This document shows positions 53,991-63,583 of a stretch of DNA of 64,000 nt, one piece after another. Source of the DNA: an uncultured Chloroflexia bacterium (GTDB lineage: Bacteria > Chloroflexota > Limnocylindria > Limnocylindrales > CSP1-4); the NCBI GenBank assembly GCA_963831745.1, contig CAWHRD010000008.1, forward strand, positions 73,816 to 137,815. Direction: 5' to 3'. How positions within the stretch are numbered: the first letter of the stretch is position 1; every line of letters starts with the position of its first letter. The notes below the pieces were generated by a model. The model was given only the letters and a program-made list of their open reading frames with translations, ran no database searches and was not told where the DNA came from. The position numbers and the translations under genes are program-made.

Positions 53991-54911
53991 ATGCGCATCG
54001 TCTCGCTCCTGCCCGCCGCGACCGAGATCGTCTGGGCTCTCGGCCTGTCCGACGAGCTCGTGGGGATCTCGCATGCCTGCGACTACCCGCCGGCGGTCAG
54101 GCGCCGCCGGGTCGTCACGAGCGTCGCGGCCGCCGTCGAGGGTGCGCACGCACACCGCGTCCACGAGCTGGCGGCGGCCGCGGCGGCCGATTCCGCCCCC
54201 GCCCTGGTGACGGTCAACGGCGAGGCGCTGGCTGCGCTTCGGCCGGACCTCCTCTTCGTCGGTCCCCGCGGTCGCGATGGGCGGGACGACGAACCCGGTC
54301 TGCGCGAGGCCGTCGGGCCGGACGCCAGCATCGTCACTCTCGCGCCCACGAGCCTGGAGGGAATCTTCCACGCGATCGCCACCGTCGGCGCCATGACCGA
54401 CGCCGAGGACGAGGCGGTCGGCCTGGTCGAGATCCTGCGGGAGCGGCTCGCCGACGTCGAGGAGATCGTGCAGGAGCGGCGTGACGAGGGCCACCACGCG
54501 CCGCGGGTCGTGGCGCTCGACTGGCTGGACCCGCTCTCCTCGGCCGGGCTCTGGGTCCCGGAGCAGGTCCGTCGCGCCGGCGGCTGGGAGGTGCTCGCCG
54601 GCGACGGCGAGCCCAGTCGCGCCACCACGTGGGAGGCCGTCGCCGAGGTCGACCCGGAGATGCTGCTGCTCGCCCCGTGCGGGATGCACCTGGCCGACAC
54701 GCTGCGCGCCTGGCGGGCCACGCCCCGTCCGCGCTCCTGGTCGGAGATCTCGGCGGTTCGCCTGGGCCAGGTGTTCGCCCTCGACGGGTCGGCCTACTTC
54801 AGCCGGCCCGGCCCGCGCGTCATCGACGGGATCGAGCTCCTGGCGGAGATCTTCGACCCGTCCGCCTTCGTCGACCTTGCTCCCGCCGGAAGCTGGGTGC
54901 CGGTCCAGTGA
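53991..54911 (+). CDS. BtuF-like cobalamin/siderophore-type binding protein without signal peptide
   Basis: MRIVSLLPAATEIVWALGLSDELVGISHACDYP..VVALDWLDPL..DPEMLLLAPCG. No N-terminal hydrophobic signal. Confidence 0.7.
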   Translation: MRIVSLLPAATEIVWALGLSDELVGISHACDYPPAVRRRRVVTSVAAAVEGAHAHRVHELAAAAAADSAPALVTVNGEALAALRPDLLFVGPRGRDGRDDEPGLREAVGPDASIVTLAPTSLEGIFHAIATVGAMTDAEDEAVGLVEILRERLADVEEIVQERRDEGHHAPRVVALDWLDPLSSAGLWVPEQVRRAGGWEVLAGDGEPSRATTWEAVAEVDPEMLLLAPCGMHLADTLRAWRATPRPRSWSEISAVRLGQVFALDGSAYFSRPGPRVIDGIELLAEIFDPSAFVDLAPAGSWVPVQ

Positions 54912-55945
54912 CGGGGACGCCCGAGAAGGGTCGGCCCGGCGAGCGCCGGCCCGGGGAGCATCGGCCCGGGACGGGCCGGCCCGGCGACCTGCTCCGCCCG
55001 TTTGACTGCCTGTGGTGCGGGCGGAGCTGGCAGCCGCGCGATCCGGACGACCTCGAGGCACGGGCGCGGCTCTGCCCGGACTGTCTCGGCAAGGCCGGTG
55101 ACAACCCGTTCCTCCGGTTCCGGCTCCGCAGCGCGCTGGAGGGGCGCGCGGCCGCGAGCGTGGATCGCCTCGCGCCCGCCACGCCGCCCGACGCGGGGAT
55201 CGCCGGGGTCCCCGGTGCCGCGGCGCCCTCCGCCGCGGCGTCTACCGCGCCCGCTACGCCGGCCGCCGACCCTGAGGCGCAGCTGGTCCCGTACTACGAG
55301 GCTCGGGCCGCCGAGTACGACGACTGGTACCTCCGGCGCGGGCGCTACGCCCACGGCCCGGTCCACGACCTGGCCTGGCAGATGGAGCTCGACGCGGCTA
55401 CGACCTGGCTCGATGGGCTGCCGCTGCGAGGCGAGATCGTGGAGCTGGCGGCCGGGACTGGCTGGTGGTCGGCGCTCCTGGCGACGAAGGGCGAGCTGCA
55501 CGCCTACGACGCCGCGGCCGCCCCCCTGGACCGTGCCCGGGACCGGATGCTGGCCCACCGGCTGCGGGCGCACCTCCATGTGCGCGACGCGTGGGCGCCG
55601 CCCGACCGCAGCGTGGACGCGCTCTTCGCCGGGTTCTGGCTGAGCCACGTCCAGAAGCCGCGCCTCGGGGAGTTCCTGGTGATCGCCCGGGCGTGGCTGA
55701 CGCCGGGGGCGACGTTCGCCGCGATCGACTCCCTGCCGGATCCTGCGTCGGGCACCCTCGACCGGCTCCCCGCGCCGGGCCCGGACCTCTCCCGGCGACG
55801 GCTTGCCGACGGCCGCGAGTTCACGATCCCGAAGGTGCACCACACCCCGGCCGAGCTCCGCTCCGCCCTGGCCGCCGGCTTCGACACCATCGACGTCCGC
55901 ACGACCGGGCGCTTCTTCCTGCTCGCGAGCGCCACGGCTCGCTGA
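54908..55945 (+). CDS. class I SAM-dependent methyltransferase with N-terminal Cys4 zinc-ribbon-like segment
   Basis: GTG 54908 forms a GTGA overlap with the previous stop. CLWCG..CPDC. Methyltransferase motif I IVELAAGTGWWS. Confidence 0.7.
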   Translation: MTGTPEKGRPGERRPGEHRPGTGRPGDLLRPFDCLWCGRSWQPRDPDDLEARARLCPDCLGKAGDNPFLRFRLRSALEGRAAASVDRLAPATPPDAGIAGVPGAAAPSAAASTAPATPAADPEAQLVPYYEARAAEYDDWYLRRGRYAHGPVHDLAWQMELDAATTWLDGLPLRGEIVELAAGTGWWSALLATKGELHAYDAAAAPLDRARDRMLAHRLRAHLHVRDAWAPPDRSVDALFAGFWLSHVQKPRLGEFLVIARAWLTPGATFAAIDSLPDPASGTLDRLPAPGPDLSRRRLADGREFTIPKVHHTPAELRSALAAGFDTIDVRTTGRFFLLASATAR

Positions 55946-55983
55946 GGGGCGCTCGTCCGGCGGGGTGGGATACACTCGCGGCC

Positions 55984-56847
55984 ATGTCGCCCCTTGCCGG
56001 CCGCACCCTCGCCACCGTCGGGACCGGGGTCATGGCCGAGTCCATGATCGCGGGCCTGCTTCGCGGCAAGCTCATCGAGGCCGGGCAGGTCGTCGCCAGC
56101 CACCCGCGCGCCGAGCGGCGCGAGCACCTCGCCCACGAGCACGGGATCCGCGTCACGGCCAGCAACGTCGAGGCCGTGCAGGGCGCCGATGTCGTCCTGC
56201 TCGCCGTGAAACCCCAGATGCTGGCCCGCGTGGGCCGCGAGATCGGGCCCCACCTGGCGCCCGGCCAGCTCGTCCTCAGCGTGATCGCCGGCGCGACGAC
56301 GACGGCCCTCGAGGGGTTCCTGGGCCACCGCGAGCTCGTCCGGAGCATGCCGAATACCCCGGCCCAGATCGGGCGCGGGATGACGGTCTGGTACGCCACG
56401 CCGGAGACGACCGACGAGCAGCGCGCCCAGGCGAAGGCGCTCCTGTCGGCCCTGGGCGCCGAGATCCAGGTCGACGACGAGAAGTTCGTGGCGATGGCGA
56501 CCGCCGTGTCCGGCACCGGGCCGACCTACGTCTTCCTGTTCATGGAGGCGCTCATCGACGCCGCCGTCCACCTCGGCTTCCCGCGCCACGTCGCCCACGA
56601 CCTCGTCGTCGAGACGCTGGAGGGCGGCACCCTGTTCGCCAAGCAGTCGGGCGATCACCCCGCCGTCCTCCGGAACATGGTCACCTCGCCCGGCGGCACC
56701 AGCGCGGCGGCCCTCCACGAGCTGGAGTCGGGTCGCCTCCGGACGGTCCTCTCCGAGGCGGTCTGGGCGGCCTACCGGCGGACCGTCGAGCTTGGCGACC
56801 AGCTGGAGGCGGCCGTCACGGCGCCGCCCGAGCCCCGCCGTCGGTGA
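55984..56847 (+). CDS. proC: pyrroline-5-carboxylate reductase
   Basis: LATVGTGVMAESMIAGLL, VVLLAVKPQ, MPNTPAQIGRGMTV, VTSPGGTSAAAL. Confidence 0.9.
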   Translation: MSPLAGRTLATVGTGVMAESMIAGLLRGKLIEAGQVVASHPRAERREHLAHEHGIRVTASNVEAVQGADVVLLAVKPQMLARVGREIGPHLAPGQLVLSVIAGATTTALEGFLGHRELVRSMPNTPAQIGRGMTVWYATPETTDEQRAQAKALLSALGAEIQVDDEKFVAMATAVSGTGPTYVFLFMEALIDAAVHLGFPRHVAHDLVVETLEGGTLFAKQSGDHPAVLRNMVTSPGGTSAAALHELESGRLRTVLSEAVWAAYRRTVELGDQLEAAVTAPPEPRRR

Positions 56848-56878
56848 CCGGCGCCCAGATCCCGGCAGCCACGACGTC

Positions 56879-57718
56879 GTGACCGACGCGGCCCCGCGCG
56901 GGCTCCTCGCGATCTTCGCCCACCCGGACGACGAGACCTTCGGCGCTGGCGGCGCGCTCGCGCTCGCCGCCGCGGCCGGTGTCCCGACGTGGCTCGTGTG
57001 CGCGACCGACGGCGATCTCGGCGGCGTGGAGGGCGCCCGCGAGCTGGATCGCGACCTCCGGCGCCGCGAGCTCCGCTGCGCCATGGCGGCGCTCGGCGTC
57101 GCCGAGCCGATCTTCCTGGGCTACGGCGATTCGGGGATGGAAGGCTGGGCCAAGCCGCCCGGCTGCCTGGCCCTCGCAGACGAGGAGGAGGTCGTCGGCC
57201 GGCTGGTCGAGATCATCCGTGAGCTGCGCCCGGCGACGGTCGTGACCTTCGATCCGGGCGGGATCTACGGCCATCCCGACCACGTCGCGATCTCGGCGCG
57301 GGCGACCGAGGCCTTCCGCCGCGCCGCGGGCGAGCCCGGCGGACCCACGACCCTGTACCACCAGGCGCTCTCGCGCGGCGACCTCGCAGGCTGGGACGAG
57401 ATGCAGGCGGAGATGGCGGCGCTCCGCGGTGACGAGGCGGCGGAGCCGCAGGAGCCGTCGGCCGACGACCTGCTCCAGCAGAGGCGGTTCGTCGAGCTGG
57501 CGCGTCCCGACGACGACATGACGACCCACCTGGACGTTCGGTCGGTGATCGACCGCAAGCTCGCGGCGTTCGCCTGCCACGCCAGCCAGATCCGCGACGA
57601 CTGGTCCGCTGCGCCGCGCGAGATGCTCGAGCGCTGGCTGGGGCGCGAGACGTTCATCCGCGTCGAGCCCCCGCCGCTGCCGGGGGAGCGAGAGACGGCC
57701 CTCCGCGGCGTGGTATAA
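56879..57718 (+). CDS. PIG-L/LmbE family deacetylase
   Basis: LLAIFAHPDDETFGAGG, TFDPGGIYGHPDHVA. Confidence 0.85.
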   Translation: MTDAAPRGLLAIFAHPDDETFGAGGALALAAAAGVPTWLVCATDGDLGGVEGARELDRDLRRRELRCAMAALGVAEPIFLGYGDSGMEGWAKPPGCLALADEEEVVGRLVEIIRELRPATVVTFDPGGIYGHPDHVAISARATEAFRRAAGEPGGPTTLYHQALSRGDLAGWDEMQAEMAALRGDEAAEPQEPSADDLLQQRRFVELARPDDDMTTHLDVRSVIDRKLAAFACHASQIRDDWSAAPREMLERWLGRETFIRVEPPPLPGERETALRGVV

Positions 57719-57726
57719 CGCCGGCG

Positions 57727-60183
57727 ATGTCGCGCTCCCCTCGCCAACTCCGCGCCGACGAGGCCGACGACGCCCTCCTCCCGAACGCCGAGACGGCGCT
57801 CGACGCAGCCGTCCCGCCCGAGGCCGCTCCACCGGCCGCGGCCGTCCCGCCCGAGGCCGCTCCGCCGGCCGCGGCCGTCCCGCCCGAGGCCGCTCCGCCG
57901 GACGCACCGGGCGACGGGGAGGCGCTCCCCTCACCGGACGCCACCCCGGCGCCGCGCCGCCGCGGCCGCCCGCCGGGGTCGAAGAACCGCCCGAAGCCGG
58001 GGCCCGCCGCGCCCGCGGCGGCTGCTTCGTCTCCCGCGGAGACTGCTTCGTCCCCCGTGGAGGCCGCCGGCTCGTCCCCGCCGGTCCCCGCTCCCGCCGG
58101 CGTGGCCACCACCGGCGCGCCGGCCCCGCCGCGCCGTCGCGACCGCTCGCCCGGACGCGCAGCGCGCCCCACGACCCCCGCGGTCGCTCGCCGCGACCGC
58201 CTGACGGTCGAGCAGATCGTCGCCGTCGAGTCACCGCGCGAGCCACGCCTGGCCCCGGACGGCCGGCGCGTCGCCTACACGGCCGAGGCCGGCGGCGCAC
58301 GCCAGGTCTTCGTGCTCGACCTTCGCTCCGGACAGGCCCGCCAGGTCACGGCGTCCGAGCACGCGGTCGGCGATCCCCAGTGGTCACCGGACGGGTCGCG
58401 GCTCGCCTTCGTGCGCGAGAAGGCCGTCTGGATCGTCGGCGTGGATGGGTCACGGCCGACCGTCGTCGCCAATCATCCGGCCGGCGGCCGCGCGCCTCGC
58501 TGGGCTCCCGACGGCCGCCGCATTGCCTTGGTCTCGCGTCGCCGCGGATGGGGCCAGGTCTGGGTGGTCGACGCGCCACTGCCCCGCCGGGGCCGCCCGC
58601 CGGCCCGCGAGGCGCGGCCGGAGCCGCGGGCGCTCACGCCGATCGGGATCGACGTCGAGGATTTCGCATGGTCGCCCGACGGCTCGCGCCTCGCCGTGGT
58701 CGCCCAGCGCGACCCTGATCTCACGACGATGCAGGTCACCGTCGTCGACGTCGCCACCGGGCAGGAGCGGATCATCGCGGGCTCGGGTGCCTGGGAGACG
58801 ACCCCGCGCTGGCTGCCGGACGGCAGCGGACTGCTGCTGGTCTCTGATCGCGACGGCTGGTTCCAGGTCGTCCGCGTGCCGCTCGACGGTGGTGAGAGGA
58901 CCGTCCTGACCGCCGGGCCCGCCGACCACGGCGACTACAACGGCGGCTTCGGGGCGGCGCCGCTTCCGTCGCCGGACGGCACCCGGTTCGTCCACGTCCT
59001 CGTCCGCCACGGGCTGCTCGACCTGTACGTCGCCCCGCTGGCCGGCGCGGCTCGCCCGAAGCGTCGGCCGGGCCGCCCGCCGAAGAGCCGTCCGCCCGAG
59101 CTCGCGGCCGGCGCTGCGACCCGGATCAACCCGGTCGACGGCGTCTGGCTGGCGGTGGACTGGCTGCCCGACGGTGGCGGCATCCTCGCCGTGGGCGAGA
59201 CGGAGCGCGACCCGGAGGACTTCTGGATCCTGCCCGTGCCGCCGGCCGGCGCCCAGCCCGCGGCCGGCGCCCAGCCCGCGGCCGGCACCCAGCCCGCGGC
59301 CGGCGCCCTGCCCGCGAGCCGGCCGCGCCGCCTGACGCGCTCGCTGCCCGCGGTCGTGCCGGTGCGGGGCTTCGTCGAGCCCGAGCGGCTGACGATCCAG
59401 GCGCGCGACGGCCTGGCGGTCCCGGTCACGCTGTGGCGCCCGGCGACGGCGACCGGGAAGCGCGGCGGGACGACCGTCCCGACTGTGGTCCACGCCCACG
59501 GCGGCCCCTCGTGGCACGTGCTGCGGGACTTCCAGCCGCTGCGCCAGCTGCTCGTCCAGGAGGGCTTCGCCTTCCTGTCGGTCGACTTCCGGGGCTCGAC
59601 CGGCTACGGGCGCGAGTTCCGCCTGGCCAACCGCAACGAGTGGGGCCACGCCGACGTCCACGACGTGATCGACGCGGCGCGCTGGGCGGCCGGCCAGCCC
59701 TGGTCGAACGGGAAGCTCGCGATGTACGGCGGCTCGTACGGCGGCTACCTGACCCTGTGTGCGCTCGTCGAGGAGCCCGGGATGTGGGCGGCCGGCGTCG
59801 ACCTCTTCGGCGACTCGGAGATCGCGGAGAGCTACCGGCACGGCGACCGGATGGGCCGCATCGACCTCCAGCGGATGATGGGCTCGCCCGACGATCCCAC
59901 CCAGGCGGAGCTCTTCCGGCGCGGCTCCCCGCTCTACCGCGCCGAGCGGATCGAGGCGCCGCTGCTGATCCTCCACGGTCGCAAGGACCGTCGCGTCGTG
60001 CCGCTCATGACCGAGAAGATGGTCGAGGCGCTGGAGATCGAGGGCAAGTTCCACGAGGTCCACTGGTACGCGGACGAGAGCCACGGCTGGGAACGGCGCG
60101 AGAACCGCCGCGACGCCTTCGAGCGCATCGTCGCCTGGCTGCGGCGGCATGTCCTGCAGGAGCCCGCTCCGCCGGAGCGCTGA
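57727..60183 (+). CDS. S9 family serine peptidase (beta-propeller + alpha/beta hydrolase) with disordered N-terminus carrying AT-hook-like motifs
   Basis: WSPDGSRLAF / WAPDGRRIAL / WSPDGSRLAV propeller blades. Catalytic MYGGSYGGYL, HGRKDRRV, ADESHGW. N-terminal PRRRGRPPGSKNRPKPG. Confidence 0.85.
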   Translation: MSRSPRQLRADEADDALLPNAETALDAAVPPEAAPPAAAVPPEAAPPAAAVPPEAAPPDAPGDGEALPSPDATPAPRRRGRPPGSKNRPKPGPAAPAAAASSPAETASSPVEAAGSSPPVPAPAGVATTGAPAPPRRRDRSPGRAARPTTPAVARRDRLTVEQIVAVESPREPRLAPDGRRVAYTAEAGGARQVFVLDLRSGQARQVTASEHAVGDPQWSPDGSRLAFVREKAVWIVGVDGSRPTVVANHPAGGRAPRWAPDGRRIALVSRRRGWGQVWVVDAPLPRRGRPPAREARPEPRALTPIGIDVEDFAWSPDGSRLAVVAQRDPDLTTMQVTVVDVATGQERIIAGSGAWETTPRWLPDGSGLLLVSDRDGWFQVVRVPLDGGERTVLTAGPADHGDYNGGFGAAPLPSPDGTRFVHVLVRHGLLDLYVAPLAGAARPKRRPGRPPKSRPPELAAGAATRINPVDGVWLAVDWLPDGGGILAVGETERDPEDFWILPVPPAGAQPAAGAQPAAGTQPAAGALPASRPRRLTRSLPAVVPVRGFVEPERLTIQARDGLAVPVTLWRPATATGKRGGTTVPTVVHAHGGPSWHVLRDFQPLRQLLVQEGFAFLSVDFRGSTGYGREFRLANRNEWGHADVHDVIDAARWAAGQPWSNGKLAMYGGSYGGYLTLCALVEEPGMWAAGVDLFGDSEIAESYRHGDRMGRIDLQRMMGSPDDPTQAELFRRGSPLYRAERIEAPLLILHGRKDRRVVPLMTEKMVEALEIEGKFHEVHWYADESHGWERRENRRDAFERIVAWLRRHVLQEPAPPER
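57808..57900. repeat. 33-bp tandem repeat x2.8 in the peptidase 5' region
   Basis: GCCGTCCCGCCCGAGGCCGCTCC(A/G)CCGGCCGCG units, encoding AVPPEAAPPAA. Confidence 0.85.
59245..59316. repeat. 18-bp tandem repeat x4 inside the peptidase gene
   Basis: GCCGGCGCCCAGCCCGCG units, encoding AGAQPA. Confidence 0.85.
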
Positions 60184-60188
60184 GCGGC

Positions 60189-60650
60189 GTGGAGGTCGTC
60201 GCCCGGCTCGCCGTCCTCCTCGCCTGCGGCGTTGCCGGCGCCACGCTGTTCGTGCTGGTGGCTGCCCCCGCGCCCGTCCGATCTCCCGCCGACCCGCCCC
60301 GTCCTGCGCCGCTGGCGGGGCTGGCGCCGGCCGCGCTTTCCGCCTTCATCCTGCTCGCCGGCGGGACCGCGCTCACGGGCGCGGCGACCATCGACGCGGG
60401 CGGCTTCTCCGGCGTGCTCGTGATGGCCGGCATCGCCATGCTCGCGATCGCCGGGATCGTCGCGGGCCGGGCCGCGGTGCGGATCCTCCGGGCGTCGTCG
60501 GCCGCGAACTCGGCCGTCGCACCGTCCCCGACGCTCATCGTGCTGGCCTGGGCCGGCGCGGCGCTCGCGCTGACGTCGTGGCTGCTCGCCCTGGGAGCTG
60601 CGGTCGTGGCGCTGCTCGCGAGCGTGCGCGTGGACGACGTCCGGCGCTGA
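60189..60650 (+). CDS. putative membrane protein
   Basis: GTG 60189. Four hydrophobic helices. Ala/Leu/Gly composition overlaps the GC-bias artefact range, so this is tentative. Confidence 0.4.
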   Translation: MEVVARLAVLLACGVAGATLFVLVAAPAPVRSPADPPRPAPLAGLAPAALSAFILLAGGTALTGAATIDAGGFSGVLVMAGIAMLAIAGIVAGRAAVRILRASSAANSAVAPSPTLIVLAWAGAALALTSWLLALGAAVVALLASVRVDDVRR

Positions 60651-60751
60651 CGCGCCGACCCCGCGCGGATCGACCGGGCAGCCGGCTCGCCCCGGATCGA
60701 CCGACCCGGCCCCGCCGGGATCGACCGCGCAGACGCAACCCGCGTCGCCGG

Positions 60752-61228
60752 TCAGGCGTTCGCCATGATCACGCTGATCGTGCCGTCCGTCTCGAGCATG
60801 GCCAGGCTGACGCGCGACGCGTCCCGCGCGCCGTTCTTGCGCAGGGCGCGCTCGAGGTCCCGCATGTCGAGGTCCGCCCGGCGCAGCCCATCGTCGAGGA
60901 CCGCACCGTCGCGCACGAGCTCGATCTCCGTCCCCTCCAGGAATGAGTCGAGTGCGTCGAAGCGCCGTTCGGCACGCTCGATGGCGAGGCTGATGCCGAG
61001 CAGGGTGACGGCAGCGACGAGCCCGCCGAGGATCGACGAGTTGCTGCCGACCATGGCGTTCTGGACGCCGTTCGAGATCAGGAGGAGGACCGTGAAGTCG
61101 GCCGGGTTGAGCTGCGCGATCTGGCGCTTCCCGAAGAAGCGGAAGAGGGTGTAGACGGCAACGTAGATGACCGCCGAGCGGATGGCGACCTCCGCGAGGT
61201 CCCAGCTCAGGCCCACGACGTCGTGCAT
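60752..61228 (-). CDS. DUF421 (YetF-like) membrane protein
   Basis: ATG after GGAGGAG. AVYTLFRFFGKRQIAQLNPADFTVLLLISNGVQNAM and a C-terminal soluble domain. Confidence 0.7.
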   Translation of the reverse strand: MHDVVGLSWDLAEVAIRSAVIYVAVYTLFRFFGKRQIAQLNPADFTVLLLISNGVQNAMVGSNSSILGGLVAAVTLLGISLAIERAERRFDALDSFLEGTEIELVRDGAVLDDGLRRADLDMRDLERALRKNGARDASRVSLAMLETDGTISVIMANA

Positions 61229-61352
61229 GGCTCCTCCGGGCGGCGGGTCGGATGTGCCCGCCCCACGACCGTCCAGCGCGGTCGCCCCGAATCTACGGCT
61301 TCGCGGGAGTAGGATCGGGGCCCTGTCCGTCGAACCGTCCGGAGCCTCAGCA

Positions 61353-62126
61353 ATGCCCCGTCCCCCAGACCGCGCAGGGCCGCGCTCCCCCGGGAGCCCG
61401 GTCGACGAGCTCGCGGACCTGCGTCTCCTCGAGGCCCAGCTCGAGCGGATGCGCGGGATGCTGTTCGGCTACTCGAGCCTCTTCTTCGCCACGATCCGCA
61501 ACTGGACGTTCCTGTCCATCGGGCTGCTGGTCCTCGGCTGGAGCGGCGTCCTCCCGGCCGCGGTCGTCCCGGTCCCGTTCATCGTGCCGTTCGCGTTCCT
61601 CGAGACCGGCTACCTGTTCTGGTACACGGTGTTCGCCCGCCGCCACGCCGAGCGCCTGGAGCAGGCGATCAACACCCGCGTCGGTGCCGACGTCCTCGTC
61701 GCCCACCGCCTGGAGGCCGCCTACTTCTACCCGCCCGACGCGCCGAAGATCGCCGGCCTCTCGTTGGGCAACCCGCTCGGCTTCATGAGCGCCATGACCG
61801 TCGGCTACTCGGTCGGCGCCGCGCTCATCTGGGCGGCCGGGCTCGTCTCCACCGCCGCCTACGTCGCGTCGCAGGGGGGCGGCATCTTCGAGGGCGGCCT
61901 CGTCGGTCTCGTCATCCCCGCGGCGATCGCCTGGACCGCGGTCATCGCCGCCTACCTGGTGTGGGCGTCGCTCGCCCGGACCGACGAGGAGCGGCTGCTG
62001 GTCGCGCTCGACGCGGGCTACCCGCGACCGGCACCCGACCGGGCGACGACCGCGCTCGACCCCGGTGATCCGTCGCCGGCCCAGGACCTCGCACGCTCCG
62101 GCCCGACCCCCGAGGAGGATCGATGA
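61353..62126 (+). CDS. integral membrane protein, unknown function
   Basis: ATG 61353. Helices FLSIGLLVLGWSGVLPAAVVPVPFIVPFAFL etc. Its stop forms an ATGA overlap with the proline dehydrogenase start. Confidence 0.55.
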   Translation: MPRPPDRAGPRSPGSPVDELADLRLLEAQLERMRGMLFGYSSLFFATIRNWTFLSIGLLVLGWSGVLPAAVVPVPFIVPFAFLETGYLFWYTVFARRHAERLEQAINTRVGADVLVAHRLEAAYFYPPDAPKIAGLSLGNPLGFMSAMTVGYSVGAALIWAAGLVSTAAYVASQGGGIFEGGLVGLVIPAAIAWTAVIAAYLVWASLARTDEERLLVALDAGYPRPAPDRATTALDPGDPSPAQDLARSGPTPEEDR

Positions 62127-63097
62127 TCACGCACCCGGCCCACGGGTCCATCCCCGAGCGATCGCTGCGCGCCACGTTCATCTGGCTCTCGCACCGCAAG
62201 GCGCTCGGGCAGCTCTCGACCCGGGTCCCGATCACGCGGCCGATGGTCCGCCGCTTCATCGCCGGCGAGTCGCTCGACGAGGTCCTCCCGGCGCTGGAGG
62301 CGTTGCGGGACGGCGGCTACCTGACGACCGTCGATGTTCTCGGCGAGTCGGTGGACTCCGCCGACGCCTGTGGGGCGGCCGCCGGCCGCTACGAGGAGAC
62401 GCTCGACGCGCTTGCCGCCGGCGGGCTGGAGCGGAACGTCAGCCTGAAGCTGACCCAGATGGGCCTCGACATCGACCGCGACCTGTGCCGGGACACTGTC
62501 GCCACCGTCTTTCGCAGGGCGGCCGAGCACGGCGCCTTCGTCCGGATCGACATGGAGGACCACACGAAGACGGACGCCACGCTCGACCTCTGGCGCGAGC
62601 TGCGCGCGGTCAACCCGAACAGCGGGGTCGTGATCCAGGCCGCGCTTCGCCGCTCGTCGGGGGACGTCGAGACGCTCATCGTCGAAGGTGCCCGGGTCCG
62701 CCTCTGCAAGGGCGCCTACAACGAGCCGGCGTCCGTGGCGCTGCGCGATCGCGAGGAGATCGACGCCGCGTACGAGAGGCAAGCCCGGCGGCTCATGGCC
62801 GACGGGAGCTACCCGGCGCTCGCCACCCACGACGGGCGGCTGATCGGCCGGCTGATCCGCTGGGCCGAGGCGGAGGGGATCGCCCGCGACCGCTACGAGT
62901 TCCAGATGCTCCACGGCATTCGCCGCGACCTGCAGGCGCAGCTGCTGCAGAAGGGGTTCCGCGTCCGCGTCTACGTCCCGTACGGCACGCAGTGGTACCC
63001 GTACTTCATGCGGCGCCTGGCGGAGAAGCCCGCGAACGTCATGTTCATGCTCCGCTCGCTGGCGAAGGAGGGGACGGGGGGCTCGTCGCAGGGCTGA
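62123..63097 (+). CDS. proline dehydrogenase (monofunctional PutA-like)
   Basis: FIAGESLDEVL, VSLKLTQMGL, VRIDMEDH, RLCKGAY, EFQMLHGIRRD, VYVPYG..YFMRRLAE. Confidence 0.9.
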   Translation: MITHPAHGSIPERSLRATFIWLSHRKALGQLSTRVPITRPMVRRFIAGESLDEVLPALEALRDGGYLTTVDVLGESVDSADACGAAAGRYEETLDALAAGGLERNVSLKLTQMGLDIDRDLCRDTVATVFRRAAEHGAFVRIDMEDHTKTDATLDLWRELRAVNPNSGVVIQAALRRSSGDVETLIVEGARVRLCKGAYNEPASVALRDREEIDAAYERQARRLMADGSYPALATHDGRLIGRLIRWAEAEGIARDRYEFQMLHGIRRDLQAQLLQKGFRVRVYVPYGTQWYPYFMRRLAEKPANVMFMLRSLAKEGTGGSSQG

Positions 63098-63139
63098 TCG
63101 CGGCCCGCGGCGGCCTCGCGGCTGGCGGGGCCGCGTGGC

Positions 63140-63347
63140 GACCCTGTCAAATGCGCGTCACGTGAGCCGTATGTGCGATGGGCACTGCCCGCTGAGCGAC
63201 GATCCGTCCCGCGGCTGGGCGGAGGTTGATCAGATGCCTCCCCCGCGCTACCGGTGACAGGATCGCAGGCCCGCTGGACGGGCCCCGGCCAGGCGCGGGC
63301 ACCGGCCACGTGCCGTAAGGATCGCTCCGCCAGCAATTGAGAGGATC
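63140..63347. mobile_element. MITE-like 208-bp interspersed element, copy 2 (inverted relative to copy 1)
   Basis: GACCCTGTCAAATGC at the left end, degenerate GCAATTGAGAGGATC at the right end, and an internal GGTGACAGGATCGC. Same length as copy 1, with roughly 80-85% identity to its reverse complement by eye. Confidence 0.5.
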
Positions 63348-63583
63348 GGACCATCAGCGGCGCGGCTGGCGGGCAGACGGCGCGGCTCGCGGGAAGCGGC
63401 GTCGTACGGGCAGCGGCGCAGTGGTGAAGCGGCGCGGTGGGGAAGCGGCGCGCCGCCGAGGCGCCGACGCCGTCGCGCTCGCGCCGCCGCGGGCGTCCGC
63501 CGGTGGCAGCGTCGCGCCGCGGGCCGGCACCCCCCCCGCGTCGCCGCCGTCGCGCCGGCTGCTGGGCCGGCCACCCGGCCCGC

